Below are positions 14,406 through 28,329 of a DNA stretch of 64,000 nt, in pieces (the stretch's first letter is position 1; each line of letters begins with the position of its first letter). The translations under genes and the position numbers were made by a program. The DNA is taken from assembly GCA_023213395.1 (NCBI GenBank), contig CM041465.1, forward strand, positions 123,697,741-123,761,740, read 5' to 3'. This DNA is from Cycas panzhihuaensis. Its lineage: Eukaryota; Plantae; Cycadophyta. The notes below the pieces were generated by a model. That model was given only the letters and a program-made list of their open reading frames with translations, did no database searches and was not told where the DNA came from.

Positions 14406-16170
14406 GAAAACCTTTGGCCTTTGAAAGTCGTCAACTTACACCCAAGGAACAAGTCAAACCCACCTATGAGAAAGAGATGTTAGAAATTCTCTATGCGGTT
14501 AGGAAATGGCAACAATATTTATTGAGAACATATTTCCAAATTAAAATAGACCATAATAGCTTAAAATATTTCCTATCTCAAAGGATGACATCTGAAGAAC
14601 AACAAAAATAGGTCACTAAAATACAAGCTTTTGACTTTAAAATCATATATAAAAAAGACAAGGATAATATAGTTGTTGACGCTTTATCTTGTAAGGAAGA
14701 AGGATCTACACTATATTCTATTACCATAGTCAATCCCTCTTAGATAGCAATCGCCAAACAAAAATATGATCAAGACCCCTTTACAACGCAGATCATTCAA
14801 GACCTTCAAGCTGGAGTAGGGTATTTAACCTATTATACATGCTCTGCAAATATTCTCTGGTACAAGAATCAAATATATATATGCCCTCACTCTAGCCTCG
14901 ATGAATAAATTTTACATGATGCGCATGCCTCTCCAATAGCAGGTCACTCCAGTTTCCTACGAACATACCACCGCTTAAAATAGTCTTTCTTTTGGAAGGG
15001 ACAAAAAGGAGATGTAAAAAAATATGTTTCCTCATGTAAAATTTGTCAACAATATAAGATAGAAATAGTCAAGTCTCTAAGATTACTACAACCCCTTCCC
15101 ATATGAAATCAATGATGGGAAAAAATTTCTATGGACTTCATCGTGGGTCTGCCTAAGTTAGAAGGAAAAGATCTTATACTAGTGGTTGTTAATAGGCTAA
15201 CCAAATATGCTCATTTTTGTGGTATTCAAACAATATATAAGGCAAAGCAAATTGCTAAAATCTTTTTAAAGGATATATATAAGTTGTATGATATGCCCAA
15301 ATGCATAGTCAATAATTGAAACCCCAAATTTACCAATAACTTCTGAATAGAACTATTCCATCTACTTGGTACTAAAATGACAATGAGCTCATCCTACCAT
15401 CCATAAACAGATAGTTAAACTGAGGCGGTTAATAAGTGCCTTGAAGAATACTTTCGTTGCTATGCTTCAGATAAGCAGGGCCAATGGCATCATTGACTTC
15501 CTTTAACAAAATAGTGGTTTAATACAACATATCATGCATCAGCAGGAATGACTCTGTTCCAAGCATCATATAGCTATGAACCATCCACACTTAAGAACTA
15601 TGCCATAATCAGTTTTAAGGTTCAAGCAGTCAAAGACCATATCCAATAAATAATATAGATTCTTAAGCTACTCAAGGAAAATTAAAACCTGACACAAAAT
15701 CGAATGAAATAACAGGTAGATAAAGGGTGAAGTGAATGAACATTTCAACCAAGTGACTGGATATACTTACGGTTGTAATCATATAAGCATGCATCTCTCA
15801 AATGAGATGGGTAACATATATTATAACCTTGATTTTATGAGCCTTACAAAATTCTCAAGAAGATTGGTGAAGTTGCATATGCCTTGGACTTACCACCACT
15901 ATCAAGGATCCATAATGTTTTTCATGTTTCATGTCTCAAGAGAGTAATTGGGAAACAAGTATAAGTTCAAATAGAATTACCTATCTTAAATGAGGAGGGG
16001 CAACTTCAACTCATTTCAGAATGTATCATCGACTGAAGAATTCAATATCTACGATCCAAACAAATCATTGAGTGTCTCATCAAATAAAAATAACTTTCGT
16101 GAAAAGATACAACCTGGGAGAATGAGCAATTTATCCAACAATACCCTGAGATCACCAAGCTTTGAGGGCA
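14406..16170 (+). pseudogene. Gypsy-1 RNase H-integrase-chromodomain (3' part)
   Basis: ORF 14369-14611 (KPLAFESRQL...YEKEML...DHNSLKYFL) and ORF 15131-15319 (MDFIVGLP...RLTKYAHF). Confidence 0.88.
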
Positions 16171-16193
16171 AAACTTTTTTAAGAGGGGGACTT

Positions 16194-16564
16194 TGTTAGG
16201 AATCCAACCTCTAACTTACCTTATCTAATATCTTCTACTTCTTCTCTCTCTTATATCTTCTATTTCTTCTACTTCTTTCATTTTCTTAATATTCCACATA
16301 CATAAGTAAAAGGTTGTGTAGTGGTCATTAAGTATTATATATATTCATGTAATATCCCACATACATAAGGAAGAGGTTGTGTAGTAAGCATGGAGCCATA
16401 TATATATTTATATAATTTTTAGAATAGGGTATCTAAAATATCATTATTATTGCATGTAATTGAGAGGTTACCCCCTCGAAAGGTATTGCAATACAAATGC
16501 TCTTTTGGAGTTGTTTGCATGTTATATTGGTGTGCAACTATTATTAAGGAGTGGTATCCTACCA
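16194..16564 (+). repeat. Gypsy-1 3' LTR
   Basis: Follows the PPT. Direct repeat of 2904-3275. Confidence 0.92.
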
Positions 16565-17809
16565 AGGTTACTGATGGAAATACTAGTTGTTATTTAACTC
16601 AACATACTTGAATATATCTCTTATTTCTAATTGTAAGATTAAGTGAAATGATCAATTTCATAAATTCTCAACCACATCTGCAGGTGATTAGTCTATATAA
16701 GTGAACTTAACTTGTAACTGTATCTCCTTTATCACATCACATCAATGGACTCTCTTTCAAACCTATATATCCTAATATATAGTGCCAACATGTTTTTAAA
16801 AAATATTTATAAAATTAAATATTAACATACCATCATTTTATTATATTCATCTCTTATATGTGACTTTCTTCATTGTATGCAAATCTCTTCATTAACTTCA
16901 TCTAACCCTATAATCACAATCACACATCACTAGCACAACTGGCATAATCAAATTTTTGGCTCATCAAATCACACCTTAAAGTTAGCTGCAATCTTGGCTC
17001 ACACTCGACTCTCAGAATCGACTTAATTAACATATCAACTAATTCAAGTATAAGCACATTACCTGTTTCTACAAATCTTTCACAACATGGCTCTAATACA
17101 ATATTATAATTTAAAATTTAACTATGATACCATCTTGTAATGTATGCATTATATAAAGTATATCAAACATGTATAATCAATGAATCATCCCATGAGGAAT
17201 ATACACAAATCATGTATAATCAACATATTAAACAATAATATGAACTATAAAATATAAATAAATCAAACATGCACCACAAGATAAATAATAGATTTATATA
17301 TGGAAAACTCAATGTAAAAAAAGTCAAAAAAAATATTAGAATTGGGAACTCTTCTTTAGATATCAAATAATTATATCTCTAAATAAATCATTCGTCTCTC
17401 GATCTTTTTTCAAATTCTCAAATGATATGTGTATACATTTTATATGAATAATCACCTCATGAATAGCATAAAATATTTCTTGAGCTTTTTCATTATCTAA
17501 TAGAATGTTTACATGAATAATCATACATATCACATCTCTCATCTAATAAAATGTTTATATAAATAATTGTACATATCATATCTCTCGATATTTTTGTTGG
17601 ATGGTAACATCTGAGAAGAACAAAAGAACTACCTTATTAATGTACAATATGTACATATATATATATAATGAGAGGTTTCAACTGCCTAATAACTATCTAA
17701 TGTGAAGATGACACATGTCCACTAGTTAATTACCATTCATTAAGGTGGACTTATGTCCTAATATTACATCCTTATGTCCTAAGATAAAACATTATATTCT
17801 AACACCCTC

Positions 17810-20800
17810 TCTTAATGTTTTATCTCTTTAATCCTATTATGTCTCTTAATATTTAAAATTTTTCTTTTCCTAATGGTTTGGTCAAGATATCTGCAATCTG
17901 GTCATGAGTTGGACAATACACAAGGTCTATTTCTTTGTTTTATACTCTCTCTTATAAAGTGATGTTGAACTTTAATGTGTTTAGTTTTGGCATAGAATAC
18001 TAGATTCTTGGTCAGTTTGATTGCACTTTGATTATCGTAGAAGAGAGTGGTTACTATCTCTTGATGTATTTCTAGATCTTTTAATAACTGTCAAAGCCAA
18101 ATTGCTTCAATGGTAGTGCTTACTGCTGATTTATATTCTGCTTCTATTGAAGATAACGCTACTGTTGCTTGCTTCTTACAACTCCAAGAGTTTGGTGAGC
18201 TACCTAAGAAAAAACAAAAGCCACTAGTGGATTTTCTTTGATCTTTGTCACCTGCCCAGTCTCAGTAACAGAAACCTATTAACTGAAGTGGAGGTTCTCT
18301 TGAAAAGTTTAGTTTTAATTCTATTGTTCCCTTGAGATATCTTAAGATTCTTTTGGCAGGATTCTAATGTCTTATCTTTGGCTCATGCATGTATCTGGAT
18401 ACTAGACTCACAGCATATGAGATATCTGGTCTAGTTGTTGTGAGATAGATAAGACTCCTAACAAGTTGCCTGTATAGAGTTGCATCAAAGCAGTGATCTT
18501 CTTGATTTGGAGTTAAATTACAATTTACCTCCATGGGAGTATAACAGGGATTACAGTCTTCTATTATGAATTTAGTTAGAAGATCCTTGATGTACTTACT
18601 TTGACACATGGTGATTGAACTGTCTATTGTTGAATCTGAATCCCTAAGTAGAAGCTCAAGATTCCAAGATTCGTCATTTCAAATTTGTTTCCCAATTGTT
18701 TCTTTATTTCTGCTATGGAGATTTCATCATTCCCTGTTACAAGCATGTCATCGACATAAACTATTATAATAGTTATTGCTCCATTCTTGCTTTTCTTGTA
18801 CAAACTTGAGTCTGAACTACATCTTTAAAAGTCATTTTTATAGAGGTAACTATCTAATTTGGCGTACCATGCACATGGGACCTATTTTAATCCATACATA
18901 GCCCTTTTTAATCTATAGACTAAATGTTCTTTTCCTGCTTTGATGTAACCTTTAGAGTGAAACATGTAAACTTCTTCTTCAATTTCTCCATTTAAGAAGG
19001 CGTTTTTGATGTCCAATTGATATATTTTCTAGTTTTTACATGTTGCTATGGCTATGATTGTTCTGACAGTATTTATCTTGGCCACTAGAGAAAAGGTTTC
19101 TTCGTAATCTATGCCTGTTGTCTATGTGTATCTTTTTGTAACTAACCTGGCTTTATGTTTTTCTATTTTCCCATCTAGTCCTTTTTTGATCTTATAAACC
19201 CATTTGCAACCTATAAGTGACTTGTCAGGGGGTAGCTCAACTAGCTCCCAGGTTTGATTTTTTATGATGAAGTCCATTTCAGAATCCATAGCGTTCCTCC
19301 ATTCAACATGATTTTTGGCTTCTCAGAAGTACTGAGGTTCAACATTACTGATTAGAGCTTTTGGTTTTTGACTCCTTATTCTGTGAGGTAGAATTTCTCC
19401 TTTGTTTCCTTCTAAGGTCTTGAGATACCATTTTGGCAATTTTTTTTTATCTTCACCCTTAGCTTCTGAGATACTTTCTAATGTTGACTTTGTGCTTGAA
19501 TCATGAATGATTTCTTTTGAAGTTTCTTCAGTGACAATGCTAGATTCATCTTCTTCTATATGATTGCACAGAAGAATTTGAGATATTATTTCAAGCATCT
19601 GAGTCTTATCTTCTTCTTTGACTTCTTCATTGAAGATGACATCTCAACTTACATAGACTTTATTAGTTATAAGATCAATGCACTTATATGCTTTTGAGTT
19701 TTTGTTGTATCCCACCATAATGCATTGAATGCTTTTTTAGTCTAATGTTTCTATTTTTTTGTTTGGAATATGAACAAATGCTTGGCTGTCAAAGATCTTT
19801 AAGTGACTTATGTCTGGTTTCCTTCCTGTCCAGGCTTCTTCTAGAGTGGATTCGATTATTGCTTTGGTTGGACTCCTGTTTAACATGTAATAGGCTATGC
19901 TAACAGCTTCAGTGCAATAGGTCTTAGAGACATTCTTTATATGTATCATACTTCGTGCCATTTCCATAATGACTCGATTTTTGCGCTCTGCCACTCCATT
20001 AGATTGGGGCGTGTATGGAGTTATAAATTATCTTTATATTCCTCTATTCTTTCAATATTCCAGAAATTTTTTGGAGATGTATTCACCTCCTCCATCTGAT
20101 CTTATGCACTTAATTTTGGCATTACTTTCTAACTCAGCTTCTGCTTTGAATTCTTTGAATGCATCGAGAGCTTTAGATTTTGTATGTAAAAAATAAATCT
20201 AAATTTTTCTGGTGAGATCATCTATGAAAGTGATGAAGTATCTTTTCTTGTTAATTGAATGTGGAGTAATGGGTCCATAGAGATCAGTGTGAACTAGCTC
20301 TAATTTTTCTTTGGCACGTCATTTGCTTTCTTAAAAAGGAAGTCTATGCTACTTACCAAACTGACAATTTTTACAAACAAAATTGTTTGATGTGATATGA
20401 GGTAGTCCAATTACCAGATTTTTTCTTTCCATATTTTCTAGCTTTTCCATGGGAAGATGTCCATACTTGAAGTGCCATAATTTATTATTATTGTTTGTAG
20501 AATTATATGCTTTTACATCAGGTAAGATGGGGTGAGATATCAACTTGTACAGGTCATTACACTCAACCCCTTTTACAACTACACTTCCATTATTTTTCAT
20601 GTCATAAATGTAACAGAAACCTTGGTCATCAAAGAGTGTATACATCCCCTTTTTTTCTAGTTGAGGAACAGGGAGGAGATTCATTTTCAGATCCGGCACA
20701 AGGAGGAAATCACCTATTTTTTCTATCTTATCTTTGATTTTGACTCCTATTGTTCCCACTCCCTTGATTTTGAGGGAGCATTTGTCTCCAAGCTCCACTG

Positions 20801-21889
20801 ACTTATTTGCAGTGTAAGGTCGTAAATCTTCAAACCATTCCTCTCGACTGGTCATGTGACATGAAGTGCTAGAATCGATGTACCAGACTTCTTTGTCTTA
20901 TAAATTTGTTGTTAGAGCAATAACAAAGGCTATTGCTTCTTCTTCATCTTGATCATCATTGTCTATCTGCTCTTTGCTATAATTTCCCATCGATTTTTTT
21001 CCTCTCTGAGTATCTGCTTTCTTACATTGAAATGGATAATGTCCAGATTGACCACAATGATAATATTTATCAAAAGCTTTATAAGAGTTGGCAAAATGGC
21101 CTATCTTACTGCAACTGTAACATATGATATTTCTACCTCTTGTCCTTGAGTCTTTCCATCATCCTCGTGATGTGCTACTTGTGTCTTGCCATCATCCTAG
21201 CGATGTGCCATAGTTCTCAGCACTTCTTCCATGTCCTCTGCTTCGACCTCTGGATCCCAGATTTAACCTAGATGCAAAGGCGTCCTCGAGATCTGTAACA
21301 CCTTCATACCTGTTATTTCTTTGTTCTTGTTGCAAGAGCAGTCATGTTAAAGACTCCAAAGACATTGTTGCTAATTGATTGGCATTAGTGATAGTATTGA
21401 TTGTGACATCAAATGATCTGGGCAATTTACTGATAATAAGTTCTACCAAATCTCGTTCATTGAGGGGGTCATCGGCATTAGTGAGACTATTTCTTAAAGA
21501 GATTATTTTGTGTAAAAACTTAGTGATAGTCTCTGTCTCTTTCATTTGGAGATTGAACAGTTCAGCCTTTAGGGCTATTATTTTTGCTTTATTTTTTTAC
21601 TGTACATATTTTATAGATATTGCCATATACTAGTAGTAAAGTATAGGTTTTCAATGTAAATAAGAAGTAGATCAGAAATTGATAACTTAAGTATGATAAC
21701 CCTGGCACTATCTCTTTCTTCCCAATTTGTTTGAATAGCCCCTACATCCTTAGATTTTGGTTCAGTTCCAGTAGCAATTTGCTAAGCATTTTTGGCTCTA
21801 AGTAGAGTCTCTATTTTGATTTTCTAAATATGATAGTTACTATTAGTTAATTTATCACAGTCAGACAGGGCAAGCACTGAAGACGCCAT
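17810..21889 (-). pseudogene. Copia-3 gag-pol pseudogene
   Basis: Minus-strand ORFs 21342-21545 (gag), 20349-20855 (PR/GAG-pre), 19737-19994 (AERKNR integrase), 18364-18609 (RT, TRPDISYAVS). Confidence 0.9.
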
Positions 21890-22781
21890 GAAGAACTCAA
21901 AAACTGATTTTTGAAAACCCTAAACCATACTATTGTACAGATTTCTGTATGATACAGAAAGTGTACAGATGGATATAAAAAGTACCTTAAATGAAAGCTG
22001 AGACTGAGCTGAGTCTAAATCTTAGATCAGTTTTCAGAAAGGGTTCTAAATCTGAGAGAAAAAATGCCTCGAAAGGAGCAGCTAATGGCTAAGATTTTAA
22101 GAAAAAACACTCAAAAACTGCTAAAAAACTCCATAAATCCATATGAAAATGCTCTAAGAATGGATGCAATGCAGTAACACATAATCCCTGAAGGAGATTC
22201 AATCCAAAAAGACAAAAAAATCACTGAAAAATGACTTAGGTTAAACCCACGCTGACCTAAAATTGGGCAAAATGGCCCTAAAGAAGTCTCTAAATGAAGT
22301 CCATGTAGAAGAGAAATATGCTTGGAAAGTCCAGATCTATAATCTAGCCAAGTTTCCTCCTGATCTGAGAACTTGAAATTTTTTATCGTATGGTTGTATG
22401 AATCTGTAAATTGGTCCTAGGAAGTCTTCAGAAAATCCTCTGTAGATTCCTTTTGTGATTTCCTTGACTTGAACCTTGTCTAATCACTTCCTTATGTGTT
22501 TCTTTAGGATTCTCCTCAATCCAGTATACAAGTATCAAGATCTGACTAACGTAATTGAAAGGCTTGCTCTGATACCATGTTGGACAGTAACATCTGAGAA
22601 GAACGAAAGAACTACCTTATTAATGTACAATATGTACATATATATATACAATGAGAGGTTTCAACTGCCTAATAACTATCTAATCTAAAGATGACACATG
22701 TCCACTAGTTAATTACCATTCATTAAGGTGGACTTATATGCTAACACATTTATGTCATAATATTACATCCTTGTGTCTTAA

Positions 22782-23095
22782 TGAATTAGGATGTTCCCTA
22801 TGCGTTAGAATCAGGGCCTGATCACTATCACTGTGCCTTTTATTCATATTAATTAGGATCAAGGATAGAATCACTATGGCTATTCACATGTTCACATTGA
22901 TTAAGATAGTGTCTAAGCATTGATTAGATCAAGTCGGTTCAAAAGAATCTAAGCCACCTCGCCTTCCCTTCGTTCCACTCAGGAAAGGGACAACCTTAAA
23001 TAAAGAAGTCTCTCCAACTCGATAGAACGCGCCTATTCTGAGCTGAGAGATAGGAGCTTTAGTTTACAAGGGCCAATACAGGGACGCATATTGAG
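22782..23095. other. ~315-bp foreign insert in the Copia-3 5' LTR
   Basis: Absent from the sister LTR, where the site reads TGTCCTAAGATAAAAC. Flanked by TTAA/CTAA. Higher GC and several CpGs. No terminal inverted repeat. Confidence 0.8.
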
Positions 23096-23642
23096 CTAAG
23101 ATAAAACATTATATTCTAACAATTTTTTTGTCAGTGAAATTTTGTGTGAATTTATTATATCACATTAAACATTACATATATGATAATATCATATATTTCA
23201 ACACTCCTCTTTAATGTTTAATGTTTGCAAGTCTTCAAATATTCAATCTTCATATTTAATTTTTAAATGTTTGTATTTATATATGTTGAAATTTATAAAA
23301 TGTAACATGTATCAAATCTATAGCAATCTGAATCAATTTGTATTACCTGTAACTTTTAAATCTATCAACATCATGTAACTAATCTATAATCTAGAATTAA
23401 CATGTGATCATCTCTGATCATTAGTGATCAACATATTAAGAAATAACATGAATAATAAAATATAAATATCACAAAGCATACAATAATCATTTGTCACAAG
23501 AGACAATAAATTTATACCTGGAAAGTTCATTGTGAAAAAAAATACAAGAGAAAGTTGGAATTATTAACTCTTCTTTACATATCAAATGATTACATCTCCA
23601 AATGAGTAACTCCTATCTCGATCCTTTCTCAAGCTCTCAAGT

Positions 23643-23675
23643 TGTGTGTGTGTGTATGTGTGTGTGTGTGTATGT
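23643..23675. repeat. Imperfect (TG)n microsatellite inside an LTR copy
   Basis: TGTGTGTGTGTGTATGTGTGTGTGTGTGTATGT, expanded from the short GTGTGTGTA in the other LTR copies. Confidence 0.85.
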
Positions 23676-23807
23676 ACATATTTATATGAATAATCTCTTC
23701 ATAAATAACTTGAAATATCTTCTTAGTTGTTTCATCATTCAATATGATAGTTTATATGAATAATTGTACATATCACATCTCACAGTGCTTTTGGTGAGAT
23801 TTTGTGA

Positions 23808-26675
23808 GTCTTTTTCTTTTGCATAATGAATATATTATAATATGGTATTAGAGTAAAATTTTAAATTTTTACATGGTATTAGAGTTATAATGAGAACTTT
23901 GTTTTTAACCATGTTATGAAAAATTTTGTAAAGCAAAGTGAAAATTGTGAGGCAATTACAAAACCAATATCAATCAATAAAAGAGCTAATTTGAAGTGTG
24001 TTCTGATGAGCCAAAAGTTAATTATGCCAATGACATCTGACTAAAATTTTGGGACTAGAAGAACTTGATTAAAGTTACATGTAGAAAATAAAGCCACATA
24101 CAAATGTTGAAAGCCACAAACTGGTGGCATGTCATTTATTGAATTTTGTAGACAATTATTTTAAGCATGTTGGATATATATATACGTAGTATGTAAGATT
24201 GATTGAGTCTACCATACATGATAAAATAATTAAAATTGATGTTGGTTGCATTTACTAATACAAGTTGGCTTCCTACAGAAGTGATTAAGATTCTATGAAA
24301 CCAGTCATCTCACCTAATCTCATAATTAACAACAGATATATATTCACATTATTATGAAAACTAATATCCCATCAACAAGTAAAACAAAGAACAAACGTAT
24401 ACCAATAAATATACAATAACCTATGAGTAATGTGTTATTACGTAGACATGATGATTTAAATAGTTTAAATCCATTAGTAAATCCCCTTAATAAAGCATGA
24501 AGTCACATGAAAGACATCATGCAATTAACAACCTAAGCTGAAAGGAGCAAAACACATTTTTTAAAGGACTACATGATTTTTAAAAAATATTAACAAGTTT
24601 TTTAACATAACTCTTCATTGGAATGTCAAATTTAGGTGCCGTTGGATACATTGAAAAGAGAATTTTGAAGCGATAAAATCAAGTGGTCACATGGCATATT
24701 TCAAATATCAAAAGACAAATTTTAATGGGTAAAATAAGCAAAATAATTGACTTCATAAAAAATGCATTTTAAACCTTTTTTAGATTTGTTTTGGCATTTT
24801 GTAATATTTGTAAAGATTCCAAAGAGCATGATGATGATATTGTTAATTATTGAAAAAAGAAAAAATATGTTTCATTTAAAATAAAAATATTTAAAGCTCA
24901 ATTATAACATTTTAAAGGATAAAATTGATAAAAAATTTAACGATTTGAGACATCATTACATATGCAAATCTTAATATATTAGATATGATTAAATCTCCTT
25001 AATATTTACACATTTAATATAATGAGGTACACAACACTAGTTAAATACAATATTCACCCAATTTATTAGACACTTACTTGAATAATATTCATGACACCAC
25101 TTGATATTGATAAATAGCCCAGTTTGTTTGCAATTGATGTTCAAGAGTTATCAATAAAAAGATATTATTTTCTTCCTGTTTATAAGACAGAGAAAAAGTC
25201 TTACATATTTATCATTTGACATACCAAAATCAAGTGTTGAGGAGTCTAATTAATATATTGTATGTGTTATGTGAGTGAAAAATCTAACTTGCCATTTATA
25301 ACAAGAAGCATAAAAACACATTATTTATATCACTTTATTACAACTAACTTGACTTGGCCAAGTGGTACACCTTATTCCCAAAGTTAGTTTGTTTAGATTA
25401 TTGATTTGTTAATATTGATGAGTTATTTATTGGTTGCTAAAAAAAATTGTACAAGATGTATGTAGAAGAACCAATGGAGATAGCACATGAATTATTTGTT
25501 TATACGTAAGAGGCAACATGAATGAGGCCATTCTTATACAATACATAAATTCTGTTGTTATTCCCATATGCAATAGGTAATATTTTATACTACTCTTGTA
25601 ACAACATCTTTTTTAATAGCTAAGAGTTATTATGTTTGTTAATAAACTATGTATAAAAAACATATCCTAGAAAATTAGTGATTACAATGGTTGGTTATAT
25701 ATATATTTTGGTAAATGGTTGTTATTTTAAATGGATATCAGTAATTATTTTTATTCATGAGATTATTCAAATGATAGATTAATAGATGTTAATGTTTACA
25801 ATAACTTTACAGATAAAAATATAAAGTTAAGGAAAAAACTCCATATAAATATAACAAATGAAAATCATGAAATTAAGACTATTTATTTGGTTGATCAATA
25901 ATCAATATATAAGTATTTTACAAATGGATGATCATAGTTAGTTACTAATGATCACAAATAACTGCTAATATTTACAAGTTAATTATTTGCAAGAGACAAT
26001 TACAAAGTTGATATATTTACAAGTTATAAGTGATACAACTTGATACAAATTGTTATATATTTGATATTCTAACATACAAGAAAAACATTAAGATGAAGAT
26101 TAAAGTTGATTGAAGATTTTAAAACATTAAATATTAAGAGAGATTGTTGGAATATGTGATATTCTCTCATATTTAATGTTTAATGTAAGGTTATAAATGC
26201 ATACACAATTCTACTAATTAAAAATATTGATAGATGTAATATGGATGATTGTTCATATAAACATCCTATTGGATGATGAAAAAACTTGAGAAATATTATA
26301 AGTCATTCATGAGATAACATATTTTATAAATATGTACACAGACCACTTAAATTTTTGAGAAAGAACGATTAGCTTAGAGATATAATTATTTAATATCATA
26401 AAAAAGAGCTTCCTACTCTAATCTTCTCTTATAATTTTTTCAACATTGATTTTTTTTATATATAAATCTATTGTCTTTCTTGTGATGATACTTTACCATG
26501 CTTTTTGATATGTATACTCTATAATCCATATTATTATTTTATATGTTGATATTATATACATAAATTATGTACATTATTTATGATATAATTATTTTATTAT
26601 ACATCAATAATATATTTTTATTATACATAATAAATATATTTTAATATGGTATCAAAATAAAATTCTAAATTTTTA
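23808..26675 (+). mobile_element. Inverted (+ strand) unit of the non-autonomous family
   Basis: LTR end ...TTTTACA at 23873, PBS 23874-23885, PPT AAGAGAGA, LTR from 26145. The interior is the reverse complement of ~27190-28900 (e.g. 25381-25440 vs 27841-27900). Confidence 0.82.
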
Positions 26676-28329
26676 AAATTTTACTCTGATACCATATTGA
26701 AATATACTCATTATACAAAATATAAGTATGTTAAACATATATAATCAATAAATCATATTATGAAAAATATATACAATTCATATAATGTAAGATTAACATA
26801 TCAAACAATAACATAAATATAAAGTATAAACATGATAAAACATCAATAAGCATACACCATAAGAAAGAATGAATTTATAAGTCAAAACATAGTGTAAAAA
26901 AAAACCACGAGAGAGTTGAAATTATAAGCTCCTCTTTAAAATATTAAATGATTGCATCTTAATTCTTAAATTCTTAAGTAGTTTGTATACATGTTTATAA
27001 ATTTGTTACCTCATAAATAGCCTATAAAATTTTTTGAACATTTTCATCATCCAATAAGATGTGTACATGAATAATCATGCTTATCACATCTATCAATGCT
27101 TTTAGTGAGTGAAATTTTATGTGAATCCACTATTTTACATTAAACATTAAATATATATAGATATCAAATATTCAAATACTCCCCTTAATATTTAACGTCT
27201 TCAAGTCTTCAATTAACCTTGATCTTCATATCTTTTGCTTTCCTATACATTGAAATCTATGAACTTATATCAAATTTACATCAAACTGAATAAAGATGCA
27301 TCACCTATAATATGTAATCAATTGTATCAACTATGATCATCAGTGACCAACATAATCATCCACGTGTAAAATGCCTATAAAACTAAACATCAATCAACCA
27401 AACAACTAATTTCAATTTTATGATATTCACTTGTCATGTTTATATGAAATTTTCATTTTAATAACTTTATATATTCACCTATAAAACTGTTGTAAACATC
27501 AACATTGTCAACTTGTGATCTCAATAATTTCAACTAAAATGATTATCGATATCCATATAAAACAACCATTAACCAAAATATATAGATAACTAGTTGTTAT
27601 AATTGTTAATTCTTTAAAATATGTGTTTTATATGTGATTCATCAACAACCAAAACAACAATTAATTATTAGATAAAACATTGTTATAAGAGTAACATAAA
27701 ATCTCTCACCTCTTATATATGAAAACAACACAATCTGTATATTGTACAAGAGTAGCCTTATTCATTTTGTCTCTTATATACGAACAAATAACTTGTGTAC
27801 TAATTTTATCAATGCTTTTATACATATCAATAACTTTTTTTTTGCAACTAATAAATAATTCATCAACATCAACAAATCAATCATCTAAACATACTAACTC
27901 CAAGAATAGGGCATACTACATGACCAAAATAAGTTAATTGTAAGAAGGTAACATAAACTAAGTGTTTTCATGCCTCTTGTCATACATGTCAAGTCAAATT
28001 TTCCACAGACAAACATATAGATTTGATACTAGTTGTATAACCTCAACAACTGAATTTGGTATGCCAATATATGAGACTTTTTCTCTGTCTCATATATAGC
28101 TGAAAATAACATCATTTTAACTCATCTCTCCAACAAATAGACACTGCAAATAAATTAGACCATTCATCGATTATGAAACAAATGGTGTCATCATCATCAT
28201 CTTTAATTCAAATAAGTGTCCAATAAACAAGGTAATCAATGCATTTAACTAGTGATCGCAATTCTATTGATCAAATGTGTAAATATCAAGCAGGATTTTT
28301 ATCATATTCAACATATTAAGATTTTCGTA

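Larger units (their letters stand above)
2904..16564 (+). mobile_element. Gypsy-1: Ty3/Gypsy chromovirus (Reina-like), full-length but degenerate
   Basis: LTRs 2904-3275 and 16194-16564 (TGTTAGG...TACCA). PBS TGGTATCATAG at 3278. PPT AAGAGGGGGA at 16181. Protease LIDSGSTHNFI, RT YxDD-type VFFDDILI, RNase H IECDASG, integrase MDFIVGLP and a C-terminal chromodomain remnant (~16000-16130). TSD not cleanly recognisable (GGCTT vs AGGTT). Confidence 0.92.
17595..23121 (-). mobile_element. Copia-3: full-length degenerate Ty1/Copia inserted in an LTR of the non-autonomous array
   Basis: 3' LTR 17595-17804 and 5' LTR 22578-23121 (with an insert). Perfect PBS complement GCTCTGATACCA at 22566-22577. 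PPT complement CCCTCTCTT at 17805. Perfect TSD ATTTT (17590-17594, 23122-23126). Confidence 0.95.

Noticed and set aside
2899-16569. TSD for Gypsy-1
   Set aside because: Flanks GGCTT and AGGTT differ too much to be called a TSD.
22779-23099. Tourist/PIF MITE suggested by the TAA duplication
   Set aside because: No terminal inverted repeats.
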